64,000 bases of DNA from Rhodospirillales bacterium (GTDB lineage: Bacteria > Pseudomonadota > Alphaproteobacteria > SMXQ01): contig JABIXC010000011.1 in assembly GCA_018666775.1 (NCBI GenBank), positions 12,881-76,880 on the forward strand. The letters are read 5' to 3'. The position numbers were made by a program, and so were the translations under genes. Positions within the stretch are counted from its first letter, which is position 1. Every line of letters starts with the position of its first letter. This document shows positions 32,250 through 40,293 of the stretch, piece after piece. The notes beneath the pieces are model-generated. The model did not search any database and was not told the DNA's origin. It saw only the letters and a list, made by a program, of their open reading frames with translations.

Positions 32250-33035
32250 TTAGAGGACAAGATTAGCCCCTTTACGAAGGATTTCTTCGGCCCGATCTGT
32301 ATATTTGCCATCCGCACCGTGCAAAACCATCCCCCGGGCCAGCCGTAAGCCGCCCTTGAGGCCTTTACGGCCTTGAACAATCACCCGTTTTGCAGGGGTT
32401 TCGCCGCTATCGGGCCAAAGCGGAAAAACCACGATCTCTCCGATGCACCCCGATAAATGGGCCAATAATCCGTCCAGCCGATCGGCGCGGTGGATCAGGG
32501 TCATGGTGCCCTTTTCACGCAACATCCCGAGCCCAAAACGCAGCCAGGCATCCAGACCTTCACGTTCCATATTGGCGCGCGCCCGCCCCCCATGGGGTGA
32601 AACCGTGCCGTGATCTGCTTCCAGATAGGGTGGATTGGCCAAAACGTGATCAAACGATGCTGGCAACAAACGCCCCGGGGGCCGTGACAGATTGCCCACC
32701 ATAAATTCCACCCGGTCATCCAGCCCGTTGAGGCGCGCGTTATCGCTGCCAAGGCGAACAAGATCGGGGTCAATTTCCAGCCCTGTTACCTTCAATCCTG
32801 AAACCCGCCATGCCAGCATGATGGCCGCAGCCCCCACCCCGGTGCCGATATCCAGCGCACTTTCACCATTTTGGGCTGGAATGCTGGCCGACAGAAAGAC
32901 AGGATCAATGGCCGCGCGATAGCCAGTACGGGGCTGGCGCAGGCGCACTTGATTATCCAGAAACCCGTCTTCTGTAACCCCTGAATTTTCGGATTCTATC
33001 GGTTGGGTCATGCTTCGTCTTCCTTGTTTCCCCAC
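32250..33035 (-). CDS. N6-adenine methyltransferase of the TrmN6/YfiC family (NPPY motif)
   Basis: LDIGTGVGAAAIMLA (motif I) and HVLANPPYL (motif IV). Confidence 0.75.
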   Translation of the reverse strand: MGKQGRRSMTQPIESENSGVTEDGFLDNQVRLRQPRTGYRAAIDPVFLSASIPAQNGESALDIGTGVGAAAIMLAWRVSGLKVTGLEIDPDLVRLGSDNARLNGLDDRVEFMVGNLSRPPGRLLPASFDHVLANPPYLEADHGTVSPHGGRARANMEREGLDAWLRFGLGMLREKGTMTLIHRADRLDGLLAHLSGCIGEIVVFPLWPDSGETPAKRVIVQGRKGLKGGLRLARGMVLHGADGKYTDRAEEILRKGANLVL

Positions 33036-33259
33036 CGAATATCTGCAGAAAGGTCTAACTCGGCCCGGGCAACATCCACCAATGCGCGCGCGGCCTCAAA
33101 ATCTGTGTCATCCACCATCATGCGCCTTGGGATGGCATTGGCGCTGCCTTCCAGTACCGACATATTGCCATCAAGGACAAAGGTCTTGATGCCATCGCCC
33201 AAGAGCAAGGCTTCGGCCCAGGAAATCAACACAGGATCGTTGGTCCTGAAAAGTTCTTT
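33008..33259 (-). CDS. DUF2007-domain protein
   Basis: A GTG start gives VKELFRTNDPVLISWAEALLL, which matches the DUF2007 N-terminus. It overlaps the methyltransferase gene by 28 bp. Confidence 0.5.
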   Translation of the reverse strand, partial: KELFRTNDPVLISWAEALLLGDGIKTFVLDGNMSVLEGSANAIPRRMMVDDTDFEAARALVDVARAELDLSADIRWGNKEDEA

Positions 33260-33448
33260 CACGTGGCCTCTCCGCCAATAAACCCACAAATTTGCCCCCC
33301 CTCAAAACACCGCCACAAGACTTGCGGTCCTAGGGGGGTGCTTCTATGCTCCGCCACTCCATGCGCCCCGTCAAGGCTGCATCGGATTCAGCAACGCTCC
33401 CCTACTGTCCCAAACAGGGCAGGTCTTGTTAATTTAAGTGAGGTTCTC

Positions 33449-34471
33449 TTGGCCATCGTCGTCAATCTGGATGAAAAACGTGGAAAACCCGTACAGCCAT
33501 CGCTGGATGGATTGCATCAGCTTGTGGCCGATGATCTTGGCCGCGTCAATGAAGCCGTTCTGAAAAACATGGAAAGCTCCGTGGCGCTAATTCCGCAACT
33601 GGCCGGACACATCATTGCCGCCGGGGGAAAACGAATCCGGCCCATGCTGTTGCTGGGGACTGCCAAACTGTGTGGCTATGAAGGCACCCGCCAAGTGGGA
33701 TTGGCAGCGGCGGTAGAATTCATCCATACCGCAACCTTGCTTCACGATGATGTGGTTGACGAGTCTGATCTCCGCCGGGGCAAAAGCACCGCCAATGCGC
33801 TTTGGGGCAACAAATCAAGCGTCCTGGTTGGCGATTTTCTGTTTTCGCGGTCTTTCCGCCTCATGGTCGCCGATGGATCTTTAGAGGTTCTTTCTATTCT
33901 TTCCAACGCCGCCGCGGTCATCGCCGAGGGTGAGGTCATGCAGTTGACCACCGCAAATGATACCGCCACGTCCGAAGATGATTATCTGGAAGTCATCACC
34001 GCCAAGACGGCCACCCTGTTTGCAGCCGCCACCCAATTGGGTGCCGTTGTCGCTGGCCGGCCAAAGGTCGAACAGGCAACGCTGGAAGCGTTCGGACGCA
34101 ACCTTGGCATCGCCTTTCAGTTGACCGACGACGTTTTGGATTATGTGGCCGCATCAGAAGATATGGGCAAAGACCCGGGTGATGATTTCCGCGAAGGGAA
34201 AGTAACCCTGCCCGTGGTTCTGGCCTTCAGGCGTGGCGATGAAACCGAACAGGCCTTTTGGCGGCGAACGCTGGAAGATCTGGAACAAGATGATGCCGAT
34301 TTTGACCATGCCAGAGCATTAATGGAACGCCATGACGTGTTGACCGACTGTCAGGAACGGGCGCGGCACTACACACAAATCGCAAAAGACTCCCTTGATC
34401 CATTCCCTGATGGCGAGATCAAGGATGCGCTTTTAGAAGTGGTCGCCTTCTCCGCAGCGCGCAGCCACTAA
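33449..34471 (+). CDS. ispB: polyprenyl diphosphate synthase (octaprenyl-diphosphate synthase-like)
   Basis: GGKRIRPMLLL, FARM motif LLHDDVVDESDLRRG and SARM motif DDVLDY. The longest ORF starts at 33263 but overlaps the opposite-strand DUF2007 gene, so a start at TTG 33449 (340 aa) was preferred and remains uncertain. Confidence 0.8.
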   Translation: MAIVVNLDEKRGKPVQPSLDGLHQLVADDLGRVNEAVLKNMESSVALIPQLAGHIIAAGGKRIRPMLLLGTAKLCGYEGTRQVGLAAAVEFIHTATLLHDDVVDESDLRRGKSTANALWGNKSSVLVGDFLFSRSFRLMVADGSLEVLSILSNAAAVIAEGEVMQLTTANDTATSEDDYLEVITAKTATLFAAATQLGAVVAGRPKVEQATLEAFGRNLGIAFQLTDDVLDYVAASEDMGKDPGDDFREGKVTLPVVLAFRRGDETEQAFWRRTLEDLEQDDADFDHARALMERHDVLTDCQERARHYTQIAKDSLDPFPDGEIKDALLEVVAFSAARSH

Positions 34472-34489
34472 ACCGGTTCTAAGCAGCCG

Positions 34490-35560
34490 TTAAATCACCA
34501 GCTTATACAGATCGATGACATTCTGGCTTAAGACCCGTTTCTGGGCTTCGGGTGAAAGTTCGCCGCACTGGCGTCCCACAAAAGCTCTGGAATTGGGCCA
34601 GGTCATATTGGGGTGGGGATAGTCGCTGGACCACATGCAGTTTTTATCACCCCAGAATTTGAGGGTTTGTCCACCCACGTAATCATCCATAAACGTGGCA
34701 TGAACATGATCCATAAAGATTTCGCTGGGCAATCTGGAAATCAAAAAATCTTCATTGGAATGGCCGGGCTTTGTATTGCGAAGATAATAATAATCCCACT
34801 GCTGCAAAATAAAGGGGATCCAGCCAATTTCGCCTTCGACGATTTCCACCGTCAGTTTGGGGTGACGTTCAAACACGCCAGACCAGATCAAATCGAACAC
34901 CGTGGTCACCACCTCTGAGGTTTTGATGTTGACGGAACCGCGCACTTTTTCCATGCCCGCGCGTTTTTCACGGAAATAATTAAACCCGGTCAGAATGTGG
35001 AAATTAAGCGGATAATCCATTTCAGCCGCAGCCGCCCAAAGCTTTTCATAATGGGGCGAGGTCAGCGGCAATTTCGGATCCGGCACCTGCCAGACCAGCG
35101 CACCCTTAAGGCCCATATCATTGCAGCGATGCATTTCCTTGATCGCGCCATCGATGTCGTAAACCGAAATGCAAGGAATGGCGAACAGGCGCTTCGGAGA
35201 CGTATTACAAAAATCAGCGATCCAGTCGTTGTAAACCCGAAAGGCTGCTTCTTGCACATCAGGCTCGGATGCAAACAGGCCGAGGGTAAAGGTTGGATAC
35301 AGCACCTCTGCGGCAACGCCATCAATATCCATGTCGGTGATCCGGACGGCAGGGTCGCTGCCCCCCTTTGGCCGGGTATCGGGCTGAACCTTTGGGCGGG
35401 TCATCCGGTCAAGAATGCTTGGTGGCAATTCATTGAACATATCGGCCGGTTCATCCACATGGCCATCTGCGGAAACAAGAAAGCTCGGGACCTTTTCGCC
35501 CGCCGCTTTCATCTCCGGATCAACATAGCGCGCAGACATTTCATCGATTGTCATGGACAT
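34490..35560 (-). CDS. amidohydrolase-2 family protein (PF04909), divergent paralog B
   Basis: SADGHVDEP N-terminal metal-ligand motif and a C-terminal SSDYPHP motif. Confidence 0.8.
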   Translation of the reverse strand: MSMTIDEMSARYVDPEMKAAGEKVPSFLVSADGHVDEPADMFNELPPSILDRMTRPKVQPDTRPKGGSDPAVRITDMDIDGVAAEVLYPTFTLGLFASEPDVQEAAFRVYNDWIADFCNTSPKRLFAIPCISVYDIDGAIKEMHRCNDMGLKGALVWQVPDPKLPLTSPHYEKLWAAAAEMDYPLNFHILTGFNYFREKRAGMEKVRGSVNIKTSEVVTTVFDLIWSGVFERHPKLTVEIVEGEIGWIPFILQQWDYYYLRNTKPGHSNEDFLISRLPSEIFMDHVHATFMDDYVGGQTLKFWGDKNCMWSSDYPHPNMTWPNSRAFVGRQCGELSPEAQKRVLSQNVIDLYKLVI

Positions 35561-35699
35561 CGCATTTCTCCCATCTGTTAAGCGCTCAGGTTGGCCCTGA
35601 GCATTTTCGAAATTATGATTGGCTGGATTATATGGGAAAATACCGGCCCTTGGGAACCGTTTCGGGAATTTAAGGGTCCGACCATTGGCCTTGATGCAT

Positions 35700-35776
<77 letters not shown>

Positions 35777-35909
35777 AAATGGCGGGTGCCAGCAACAAAG
35801 GCCGAACCCGCTTCAAGGCCGCCCTTATAGACCGCCCTTGACCCTTGCGCAACGCCACACAGCCCCAATGAGGGCCGGGACAGTCAATAAATGAGGGGTT
35901 CTGGCGGGG

Positions 35910-37061
35910 TTAGCCCGAAGAACGGTTCAGGGTCTCTTCGCTTGAACAAGTCTCAAGCTTGCTCAGCAGGTATTCCAGACTTTCTTCATCGATGGGGATT
36001 GCGCCGCCTTCTTTGTTTTCAAAATGGGTCAGAACGCGTTCCAGCATCCGGCGACGGAACCGCTCACGATCATATTTTTCACCGTCATAGCCCATTTCCT
36101 CAGCAACCTTTACGCCCACCAAGGTCGCAGGCAACAATTCCTTGCCCAAGCCTGCCTTCCCCCATAATGCCTGCAGACCCAGCTGTCCTTCGTCATGGAT
36201 TAGAATCTGGGCATTGATCAACGAGATTTTGGCAAGATGGGCGAGGGATGATTCAAAAAAGGCAATATCGCCCATGCAAAGCGCCCTGAAGATGATCGAA
36301 TCTGTCAGGCGATTACTTTCCGACAGGCTTTCCACCAAAGACGTCACTTCGCCGATGCCAAAACGGGGGTCCACAAGCCCCAATGTCGCCCGTTCGCGCA
36401 CCTGAAGCACCAAATCTGCGGTATGATCGGGGGCTCCTTCGCCTTTATCTGCAAGAAGCGCTTCCAGGCTGGTTGTCACCATCGTGACCAACCGCTCGGC
36501 GATGTTGATGGGCACATGAGGGCGCCGGGTTACGGCTGTCGAAATTTCTTCCGAGTCACCAAACCGATCCAGGGCCCGCGCCAGGGTCGTTTCCCTGACA
36601 TCAGCAGTGGTATTATGCATCAAGGTTGCGACTGTTTTTTCATTGCCTTGCTCAACCAGCGTATCGGCAACATTGGCTGAAATGCCTTCGCGCCGGGCAA
36701 TGGCATTCTGTTTGTCTTCCCCTGTGGTCATAACAATTTCGATCAAATCCTGATCGGTCAGGATTTCCGAAAATTCCAAAACAGGGATCGCCACAGAATC
36801 AACGTCTTTAGCCAAACTCAGTGCCAATTCATGGGGGATATCGGGACATTCTTTGAGATGGTCAGAAAGGGCTTGGCGCACACGAATTTCCGCATCCTCG
36901 ACCATGATCGAGAAAATTTCGAGCGCCATACCCCGTTCTTCTTCATTGAAAGTTTCTGCCTGGAACTGACCAGCCATCTTCTCAACCGTTTCCACCCGGG
37001 CTTCGGGGGATGGATCAGTTAGCAGACGCTCAACATCCTGTGCAGTAAGACGATCGACCAT
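35910..37061 (-). CDS. DUF2336-like helical-repeat protein
   Basis: A 383 aa acidic alpha-helical repeat protein. The family assignment is tentative. Confidence 0.45.
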   Translation of the reverse strand: MVDRLTAQDVERLLTDPSPEARVETVEKMAGQFQAETFNEEERGMALEIFSIMVEDAEIRVRQALSDHLKECPDIPHELALSLAKDVDSVAIPVLEFSEILTDQDLIEIVMTTGEDKQNAIARREGISANVADTLVEQGNEKTVATLMHNTTADVRETTLARALDRFGDSEEISTAVTRRPHVPINIAERLVTMVTTSLEALLADKGEGAPDHTADLVLQVRERATLGLVDPRFGIGEVTSLVESLSESNRLTDSIIFRALCMGDIAFFESSLAHLAKISLINAQILIHDEGQLGLQALWGKAGLGKELLPATLVGVKVAEEMGYDGEKYDRERFRRRMLERVLTHFENKEGGAIPIDEESLEYLLSKLETCSSEETLNRSSG

Positions 37062-37290
37062 AAAACCTCACATATTAGAGCAAGCGGAAGCCGTCATTCT
37101 TCAAACTTCGAAAACGGCCCCCACCCCAGGGAAAATCGTTCCCGTCTATTCGGATTTTCTATTGTCAGGGGAACCTGTTAACCAAGCCTTAATATCAATC
37201 TCTAGGCCCCTGCCACAAAATGGCCAAAAATGTATGGCCTCTGTTGAATTGCTTGGCCGAAAGTGATACTGGAACACCAGCAAATTCGGG

Positions 37291-37306
37291 AAGCGGCATG
37301 CCGCTT
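37291..37306. promoter_or_regulatory. perfect 16-bp palindrome AAGCGGCATGCCGCTT in the divergent promoter region upstream of the cytochrome c gene
   Basis: Read directly. It lies 77 bp upstream of the cytochrome c start. Confidence 0.25.
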
Positions 37307-37382
37307 ATCAGTGGGGGTGGTCCTCTCTGGGATAACCCCCGGTAATTTCAGTTCTAAATTACAGTTCAAGGAGATGAACAAC

Positions 37383-37760
37383 ATGGCTAAATTTCGTTTT
37401 TTATCGGCATTACTGGCACTTGGCATTGTGTTTACAGGCACCAATGCAATTGCCGCAGGCGATGCCGCCAAAGGCAAGAAGGTCTACAAAAAATGCGCCA
37501 TCTGCCATTCGACCAAAGCTGGCAAGAATAAAATCGGCCCGAGCCTTCATGGCATATTTGGGCGCAAGGCTGCCAAGGGCAAGGGCTTTCGCTATTCAAA
37601 GCCGATGAAAAAATCCGGCCTGACCTGGGATGCAGCCACCCTCGACAAATTCCTTAAAAAGCCCCGCAAAGTGGTCAAGAAAACACGGATGACCTTCCCC
37701 GGCCTGCGTTCTGCATCTCAGCGCGCTGACGTTATTGCGTATATCAAATCGCTTAAGTAA
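37383..37760 (+). CDS. class I cytochrome c (c2/c550-like)
   Basis: Signal peptide, GDAAKGKKVYKKCAICH (CXXCH), GPSLHGIFGRKA and MTFPGL. The start was taken at the ATG 8 nt after AAGGAG. Confidence 0.9.
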   Translation: MAKFRFLSALLALGIVFTGTNAIAAGDAAKGKKVYKKCAICHSTKAGKNKIGPSLHGIFGRKAAKGKGFRYSKPMKKSGLTWDAATLDKFLKKPRKVVKKTRMTFPGLRSASQRADVIAYIKSLK

Positions 37761-37785
37761 CCACGAATACCTTTAAACGCATGCG

Positions 37786-37820
37786 AAAAAGGCCGGACAT
37801 ATGTCCGGCCTTTTTTCATT
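37786..37820. terminator. bidirectional intrinsic terminator (GGCCGGACAT / ATGTCCGGCC palindrome flanked by an A-run and a T-run)
   Basis: A 20-nt perfect palindrome with AAAAA on one side and TTTTTT on the other, sitting between convergent genes. Confidence 0.5.
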
Positions 37821-37825
37821 TTGCC

Positions 37826-38593
37826 CTAACCCAGAACGGCCCGTATTCGATCAACTCGGTCCGGCACGGAAATCATCTTATACGATGTAACCTCCAGGGT
37901 GCGATCTTCAAAGACCGTTGGGGCGGAACCGTCTTCTGCCGGGGCTGGGACCCATTTTTCAACCACCCCATCGCGCTCTTTGATCAAGGCGGCAATTTCA
38001 AATGCATACAAACGAACCATGGCGTTTAACCACCGATTGACCGGCCAGGATGGTTGGGCATGGGTGATTTCAAACATCCCGGTTAGTTCGATGACATCCT
38101 CACCTTTATACCAAATCTCGCCCGTGACCCAACGGTTGGTCGTGAACAAGCAAATCGGCTCACCCGCTTCATTCATGGAAATTCCAATGAGATGACTGAG
38201 CGCGTCAGTGGGATCATCCGGCATTTCAAAATCAGTTACCTCGGCCGGGCTCACATGATCAGGCATGCCTGCGGGACGCATAAATGTATGGAAATGCCCG
38301 TGTTCGCCAACCCTTAGATCAGCCGGATGCGCATGATAGAAAAACTGGCTGCCGCTATCCTTGTCATAGACATCGCCATCGGGATAATGATTCCATTCGT
38401 AAAATGTGCCCTTATCGCGCAGCAATTCACCGACGACATTGTCCCCGGTCTTTGCCAACACCGCCTTGATTTCCAGCGCCGTTTCACCCGCAACCCGCAT
38501 TTTTTCAAGGGCGTCACGGTCCAGTTGTTCAAGAGCCACATCGAAGGCGCTTTCTTCAATGTTATCTGCCTTATCTGCTGGTTTTACCACCAT
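37826..38593 (-). CDS. conserved hypothetical protein with a His-rich motif (FYHAHPADLRVGEHGHFHTF), possibly metal-binding
   Basis: A 255 aa ORF with no confident family assignment. Confidence 0.5.
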   Translation of the reverse strand: MVVKPADKADNIEESAFDVALEQLDRDALEKMRVAGETALEIKAVLAKTGDNVVGELLRDKGTFYEWNHYPDGDVYDKDSGSQFFYHAHPADLRVGEHGHFHTFMRPAGMPDHVSPAEVTDFEMPDDPTDALSHLIGISMNEAGEPICLFTTNRWVTGEIWYKGEDVIELTGMFEITHAQPSWPVNRWLNAMVRLYAFEIAALIKERDGVVEKWVPAPAEDGSAPTVFEDRTLEVTSYKMISVPDRVDRIRAVLG

Positions 38594-38775
38594 GATGCCT
38601 TGCCTTCATGCCATTACAAATACAGTCACTCGGGTTTTAAACACGCCCATCCCCTTTGAACAGTGCCGGGAACGCAGATCACGAATTTGTGACCCATTGT
38701 GCATTTTACGACGTTAAATCAAACGATAGGATTATGTCATACACTGGTTGCACATAAAAAAATGAGGATAAATTT

Positions 38776-39765
38776 ATGAAAACCTACCGCGATGGATTGC
38801 TTTCCGGCACCGTGCTTTCTGCCATCATTGGACTTTCCGGTTTTGGGATCAGTATTGGGATGGCCACCAATGCCCAAAGTGCTGGTCTGAACCTGCCCGC
38901 CCAACCCCGTGCAGAATCGACCCTGGTTGCGGCAAACAACCCCTGTAATCCCTGTGCCGCAAAAAATCCATGCGCGGCTAAGAACCCCTGCGCCGCTAAG
39001 AACCCCTGTGCGGCTAAGAACCCCTGTGCGGCTAAAAATCCCTGCGCCGCGAAAAACCCCTGCGCCGCGAAAAACCCGTGCAACCCGTGTGCCGCAAATC
39101 CATGCAACCCCTGTGCAGCAGGCGCATCGGCCAAAGCATCCAACTGTTTTGTCCCACGCCTGACAAAGGCCAAGGCCAACCCCTGTGCAGCCAAAAATCC
39201 CTGTGCCGCTAAAAATCCCTGTAACCCCTGTGGGGCCAAGAACCCTTGCGCCGCATCCGATGACATCGCAGTTTCCAATGCCGAAGCCGTCAAGGCTTAC
39301 GCCTGCATCAGGCCTGTGTTGCAAACAGCCTATGGCAAATCAGGAAATTCAGTCGCGCTGGCCTATACGAAATGGAAAGATTACAGCGCGGTCCCCTATC
39401 CATCATCCACCCATGGCGGCCGCTTTGTTCGCAACTACGCCAACCCCAAGGGGGCCAATTACGGAAAATTTGAAAAGTCCGGGATCATGCCCCAGGGCAC
39501 GGTTCTGGCCAAAGACAGTTTTTCGGTTACCAAAACCGGTGCCGTCGCCCCCGGCCCCTTATTCTTGATGGAAAAAATGGGCCGTGGCTTTAACAAGGCA
39601 TCGGGAAATTGGCGCTACACCATGATCATGCCCAATGGGACAACATTCGGCGTTACCAAAGGCAAAAATTCGGCCGGAATGAAATTCTGCACCGAATGCC
39701 ACGCGGCTGTCGGTGAAAATCAGGATCACATGTTCTTCCTTCCCGAAGAATTCCGATCAAAGTAA
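38776..39765 (+). CDS. cytochrome P460 / cytochrome c'-beta family haem protein with an N-terminal Cys-rich (NPCAAK)n tandem-repeat region
   Basis: Signal peptide, about 17 NPC units, then a C-terminal domain with QGTVLAKDSFSV, GNWRYTMIMP, a CTECH haem site and DHMFFLPEEF. The P460 match is from memory. Confidence 0.7.
   Translation: MKTYRDGLLSGTVLSAIIGLSGFGISIGMATNAQSAGLNLPAQPRAESTLVAANNPCNPCAAKNPCAAKNPCAAKNPCAAKNPCAAKNPCAAKNPCAAKNPCNPCAANPCNPCAAGASAKASNCFVPRLTKAKANPCAAKNPCAAKNPCNPCGAKNPCAASDDIAVSNAEAVKAYACIRPVLQTAYGKSGNSVALAYTKWKDYSAVPYPSSTHGGRFVRNYANPKGANYGKFEKSGIMPQGTVLAKDSFSVTKTGAVAPGPLFLMEKMGRGFNKASGNWRYTMIMPNGTTFGVTKGKNSAGMKFCTECHAAVGENQDHMFFLPEEFRSK
38935..39255 (+). repeat. coding 18-bp tandem repeat array (AAR AAY CCN TGY GCN GCN), about 10 units in two blocks
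   Basis: Read directly. The units differ mainly at synonymous positions. Confidence 0.9.
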
Positions 39766-39797
39766 CCTTTATACCCAAAATATGTTGATTCAAGATC

Positions 39798-39828
39798 GGG
39801 CGGGAACAATGTTCCCGCCCATTTTGTG
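39798..39828 (+). terminator. intrinsic terminator after the P460-like gene
   Basis: Perfect 10-bp stem GGGCGGGAAC / GTTCCCGCCC with an AAT loop, followed by ATTTTGTG. Confidence 0.55.
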
Positions 39829-39830
39829 AA

Positions 39831-40259
39831 TTAGTCTCTCACCACCAAAACTGAAACATCGGCATGGCGCACCACCTGCGCCGCATTCGGCCCCAACAGA
39901 TAATCTTTCAATGCCGGGCGATGGGACGCCATGATGACAAGATCAGCGCCAATTTCGTGCACGGTATCCAAAATTTCCTGATAAATGGTGCCCTGGGCAA
40001 CGTGGCACGCCACCTTGATGTCGGCGGGCACCTGATCATCGATCAGCTTTCCCAATCTTTGGACGGTTTCGGTTTGCGCTTTTTCCATAAAGCCCGGTGG
40101 GAAATATCCCCCAACCAAACCTGTGCCAAAATCAGGGAGCACCGTCAGCGCATGAAGTTCCGCACCAAAAGCCTTGTTGTATTCGATCGCCACCGGAAAC
40201 GCGCTGGCCCAGGAACTTTCCTGATCAATATCCACAGGAACCAAAATTATTTTGTACAT
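39831..40259 (-). CDS. universal stress protein (UspA family)
   Basis: A 142 aa protein with ILVPVD and a C-terminal GSHRPALKDYLLGPNAAQVVRHADVSVLVV ATP-binding motif. Confidence 0.85.
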   Translation of the reverse strand: MYKIILVPVDIDQESSWASAFPVAIEYNKAFGAELHALTVLPDFGTGLVGGYFPPGFMEKAQTETVQRLGKLIDDQVPADIKVACHVAQGTIYQEILDTVHEIGADLVIMASHRPALKDYLLGPNAAQVVRHADVSVLVVRD

Positions 40260-40293
40260 GGCATCCTCCTTTATTTAACCCGTGCGGGACTGG

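Noticed and set aside
33263-33448. 5' extension of the ispB-like ORF
   Set aside because: It would overlap the opposite-strand DUF2007 gene over its whole N-terminus and adds a Pro/Cys-rich non-conserved leader. The shorter 340 aa protein fits the family length.
38935-39255. Possible CRISPR array
   Set aside because: The repeats are contiguous 18-bp units without spacers, lie inside a coding frame, and no cas genes are nearby.
38737-39324. Two long minus-strand ORFs (195 and 169 aa) rich in Gly/Ala/Gln
   Set aside because: Antisense shadow of the 18-bp tandem repeat in the P460-like gene.
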